64,000 nucleotides of DNA, taken from NCBI GenBank assembly GCA_047947115.1, contig CP170459.1:4832001-4896000 (forward strand), given 5' to 3'. Every line of letters starts with the position of its first letter. Positions within the stretch are counted from its first letter, which is position 1. Positions 61,069 through 64,000 of the stretch are shown here, piece after piece. A program made the position numbers and the translations under genes. This DNA comes from Verrucomicrobiota bacterium (GTDB taxonomy: Bacteria > Verrucomicrobiota > Verrucomicrobiia > Limisphaerales > AAA164-E04). Under the pieces are notes generated by a model. It did no database searches. It was not told the origin of the DNA and saw nothing but the letters and a program-made list of their open reading frames with translations.

Positions 61069-63399
61069 TCAACGATAATGCAGCTGAATCACATCGTGGA
61101 TATCTTCCACCTGAACCTCCACTTTTCGACTGCGCTGTTTGATTTTCGTGTTCTCATTCCAAGCTCGCGCCTTCCGTATCCGATCACGTGTATGGATCGT
61201 CGCGCGGAACATTGGAGGATCCTCCATCATGGAAGGCAACACGTAAGGACGATTCTTTGCCGGAATCGTTTGCGGTGGCGCATTGTATCCCAGAAAATGC
61301 ACGCGCAGAATCTTTTCATCAGGATCGTCTGTGATCACGGTTTCCACATGGGCTGGAGCTTCAATGGAAATGCGCGGTTTTGGATCGAGAAACCGAATGG
61401 CTCTGTCAATCAGGCTGCGCGCCTCGGGAATGTGATGTTCTCCTCCGGCCGCATATCCGGGGGAAGCAGCCAGGGTGTAAACGACGCCTTTGCCGAGAGC
61501 ATGAATCAACACGGCCGGACCGACCGCTTGATCCGCACTTAATGGCCAGTCCGGATTGTATCCCCCCTGATCATGAAGAACGGAGCGATGCGGTTTCATG
61601 ATCTCCCCCACCGAAACGGCAATTGTTGGCTCATAAACCACCCCGGGTCCTCGAACCAGGAAAGGCCAGGGTTCCCCCTGGTGGCTTGGAATCAATTGGT
61701 TCGGATTAAAGTTTCGACCAAGCGTCCCATTGAGTCCGCGATCTGAATGAACTCTGTCATCATCATGCTTCGACTGCACGATATTCAACAAAACAGCATC
61801 TAAAACCGCATCGCGGGGCGCTTTCGTTTCCGAGAGGCGCACCCAATTGTCGGTCGTAGGCATTACTTGTTTCATCTTTGCTCCAATCAGGGATTCCATG
61901 GCGGTTTGTGGCTCGATTTCTCCCATATAATCATACCATCCGCTCAAGCCTGTCAGAATCAATCGTCCGCCCTGTTCCACGTACGTTTTGAAGATGCGGA
62001 TCTCCCGCTCGGAAAGGATGGCCGCATTGGGAACCAGCAAAACAGGTAAGTCGATCAATCCTTCAAAAGTAAGCGCTTGGTCAAAAACAAATTCCCAGGG
62101 AACATGGGCATACACCAAGGCTTTGTGCGCCCCCTGCAGGGATTGATAGTATCGGGGCGGATCATTCCTGGCATACCAATCACGCGTTCGCGTGGAAACA
62201 TAAAGTCCTACCTGACGAACGGGCGCTTGACCAAAGTGCTCCCGTTTTTCCCGAGACTCTTTAAGGACACGCCCCATCCGATCATAGGCCACAGGATCCA
62301 GCGTTCCGTCAAATGCCGTCTTATCGATCATCGTGACAAAAGCGCCATGAGCCAGGAGATTGAACATTTCCCAACGCATATCGTGCAATGGACGAGTTGT
62401 CTGATCATGATACATCCGAACCCCGCGTTGCATGGCGACCTGATAGGGTTTGTCAGGCGTTGCGGCACGGTACCATTCGGCATTGAAACCAACCGTCAGG
62501 GCACTGAATCCCCAAACCCCGGTTTCGCCTGTCACAAAATCCCCGCGCCGCGCATGTGGAACAGGCATCTGCCCTACTTCCCAGGAAAATGGCGGATTTC
62601 CATGATAGTTGAAGTCCACTGAAACACCGGGACCTCGAGTTCGAACGTGCTCGGTCAATTCATGCTCAAATTCCAAACTGGTCGAATAACGAAAATCAAG
62701 CATGTCATCCCAAGCTGGGGACCAATCAACGCCTTCGGGCATATCGTGACCATATCGCTGTTGGTATTTCTCCTTGCAGAATTCGCACCAACACCCGACT
62801 GGTTGCCCAAATCCCTGATCCACCATGTCCAGATGAAACCCGTCGATGCCGTATTCGAGCATTTCATCGAGCAACAGTTTGACGAAATCCTTGTAGGGCG
62901 AATTGAAACATACCAAATGATTGATCGGTTCACCGTCACTTTTGATGATGCGCCAATCCGGATGCGAGCGCAGCGTTGAACTGGGGTATTGCAAGACACA
63001 ATATGCGATCACCGGCATACCATGTCCACGTGCCGCATCCATGGTTTCACGGAGACAATCACGTGCTCCAAATCCCGGAGGTTTGGGCTGATGTTTCGAA
63101 TCATAGTATGCAAACTCCCCATCCCGCGCCCACATGACCACATACTCGGCGTGGGCCTTCACTGCGGCATTGACAATCACGTCACCCCGGAATTCGGAAG
63201 CATATTCCAGGTCCTTGACATCCCCCCCAAACTGAGCCCCCGTCGGACCAATCTCCATTCCTACAAGGGCCCGCTCATACCAAGGTTGCTCCCCGCCATT
63301 CAATGAAAGGCAGAAAAGCAGTATCGCGACCGGCCAAATGCTGCGGTTGTTGGCGAAAAAGATCGTAAATCTACCACCTGAGCGAAAGTGTTTTTCCAT
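61069..63399 (-). CDS. Putative glycoside hydrolase (TIM-barrel GHL/GH29-like N-terminus + beta-galactosidase trimerisation-like domain)
   Basis: HPDW, CFNSPY, YGIDGFHLDM, CWCEFC; LLVPNAAILS...YVEQGGRLI. Start uncertain. Confidence 0.7.
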   Translation of the reverse strand: MEKHFRSGGRFTIFFANNRSIWPVAILLFCLSLNGGEQPWYERALVGMEIGPTGAQFGGDVKDLEYASEFRGDVIVNAAVKAHAEYVVMWARDGEFAYYDSKHQPKPPGFGARDCLRETMDAARGHGMPVIAYCVLQYPSSTLRSHPDWRIIKSDGEPINHLVCFNSPYKDFVKLLLDEMLEYGIDGFHLDMVDQGFGQPVGCWCEFCKEKYQQRYGHDMPEGVDWSPAWDDMLDFRYSTSLEFEHELTEHVRTRGPGVSVDFNYHGNPPFSWEVGQMPVPHARRGDFVTGETGVWGFSALTVGFNAEWYRAATPDKPYQVAMQRGVRMYHDQTTRPLHDMRWEMFNLLAHGAFVTMIDKTAFDGTLDPVAYDRMGRVLKESREKREHFGQAPVRQVGLYVSTRTRDWYARNDPPRYYQSLQGAHKALVYAHVPWEFVFDQALTFEGLIDLPVLLVPNAAILSEREIRIFKTYVEQGGRLILTGLSGWYDYMGEIEPQTAMESLIGAKMKQVMPTTDNWVRLSETKAPRDAVLDAVLLNIVQSKHDDDRVHSDRGLNGTLGRNFNPNQLIPSHQGEPWPFLVRGPGVVYEPTIAVSVGEIMKPHRSVLHDQGGYNPDWPLSADQAVGPAVLIHALGKGVVYTLAASPGYAAGGEHHIPEARSLIDRAIRFLDPKPRISIEAPAHVETVITDDPDEKILRVHFLGYNAPPQTIPAKNRPYVLPSMMEDPPMFRATIHTRDRIRKARAWNENTKIKQRSRKVEVQVEDIHDVIQLHYR

Positions 63400-64000
63400 G
63401 GCCGTTAAGGTTACCACCAAATGCATTCAGCGTCAGGTCGACACCTTGCTTATGAAAGCGGCCATTCATCCATCCCACCGGTTGGTCGTCATTGAAGTTG
63501 TAACCCACCGCCGGAAGGTTGATCAGGTGTTTACCCTCCCGCCATCCATAAACATACGTGTGGGAATGACCGTAAAACACGGCCTTGACCTGGGAGTGCG
63601 GACGCAGAATGTCGAACATCTTGTCGGCATCCAACAAGTCTCCATCGTTATCCCCTAATGTATGGTGCACGAAAATTACGGTCGGTTTGTTGGATGATTC
63701 CGTTAAAAATCGATCAAGCCACTCCCGCTGGCTTTTACCCAGCAAACCGGCGACCTTGTCCACATACAATAGCGAGTCCAGTTGAATGATGCGCACGGTC
63801 GGGTGTTCAATCACGAGAACATGTTTGTCGGTGACGTCCGCCTTTGTCACTGCATCAGGTTGGATAACTTTGTTGAAATGCTCCCGGTCATCGTGGTTTC
63901 CCATCCCCACATAGATGGGACAATGGGATACCACGGGCTCCAACAATTTCTTTAGTTGAACGTAGTCCTCCGGTTCTCCCGTCAACCGTGCCGCATCTCC
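63371..64000 (-). CDS. Metallophosphoesterase (Icc/CpdA-like), 5' end outside window
   Basis: GD(AA), GNHD, FVHH, GHSH. Confidence 0.88.
   Translation of the reverse strand, partial: GDAARLTGEPEDYVQLKKLLEPVVSHCPIYVGMGNHDDREHFNKVIQPDAVTKADVTDKHVLVIEHPTVRIIQLDSLLYVDKVAGLLGKSQREWLDRFLTESSNKPTVIFVHHTLGDNDGDLLDADKMFDILRPHSQVKAVFYGHSHTYVYGWREGKHLINLPAVGYNFNDDQPVGWMNGRFHKQGVDLTLNAFGGNLNGHGKTLSLRW

Overview
Bacterial chromosomal window. Gene content (sulfatases, FG-GAP and CotH proteins, DUF1080, NIPSNAP, GGAG/GTAG-type REPs, an FYR-type C-terminal tail) suggests a Verrucomicrobia/Planctomycetes-type organism; this is inference. The most notable part is the left ~3.8 kb, an AT-richer mobile element end inserted into comM/yifB just before Walker A. 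It carries a 543-aa family-A-polymerase-like palm protein with no exonuclease motifs, a divergent phage-like operon headed by a GNAT-like protein, and an imperfect palindrome at the junction; the element side also supplies a new RBS and start codon for the 3' half of comM. The host part holds three tandem CNNM/CorC genes under fur, an MMPL transporter, yebC, a Phd-VapC toxin-antitoxin pair, an Mla-type ABC operon, a DUF885-S9 peptidase fusion and tRNA-Val(CAC) with a decayed flank. It also holds a REP-rich zone (seven 197-bp tandem units and ~215-bp inverted MITE-like copies around two genes), a CE15 esterase split by one in-frame TGA, lpxA, radC, NYN-LOTUS facing a DEAD-box helicase, leuA with a Leu-rich leader attenuator, and a MacAB-TolC-like cluster lacking an ATPase. 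All calls come from reading motifs by eye; no searches were run.
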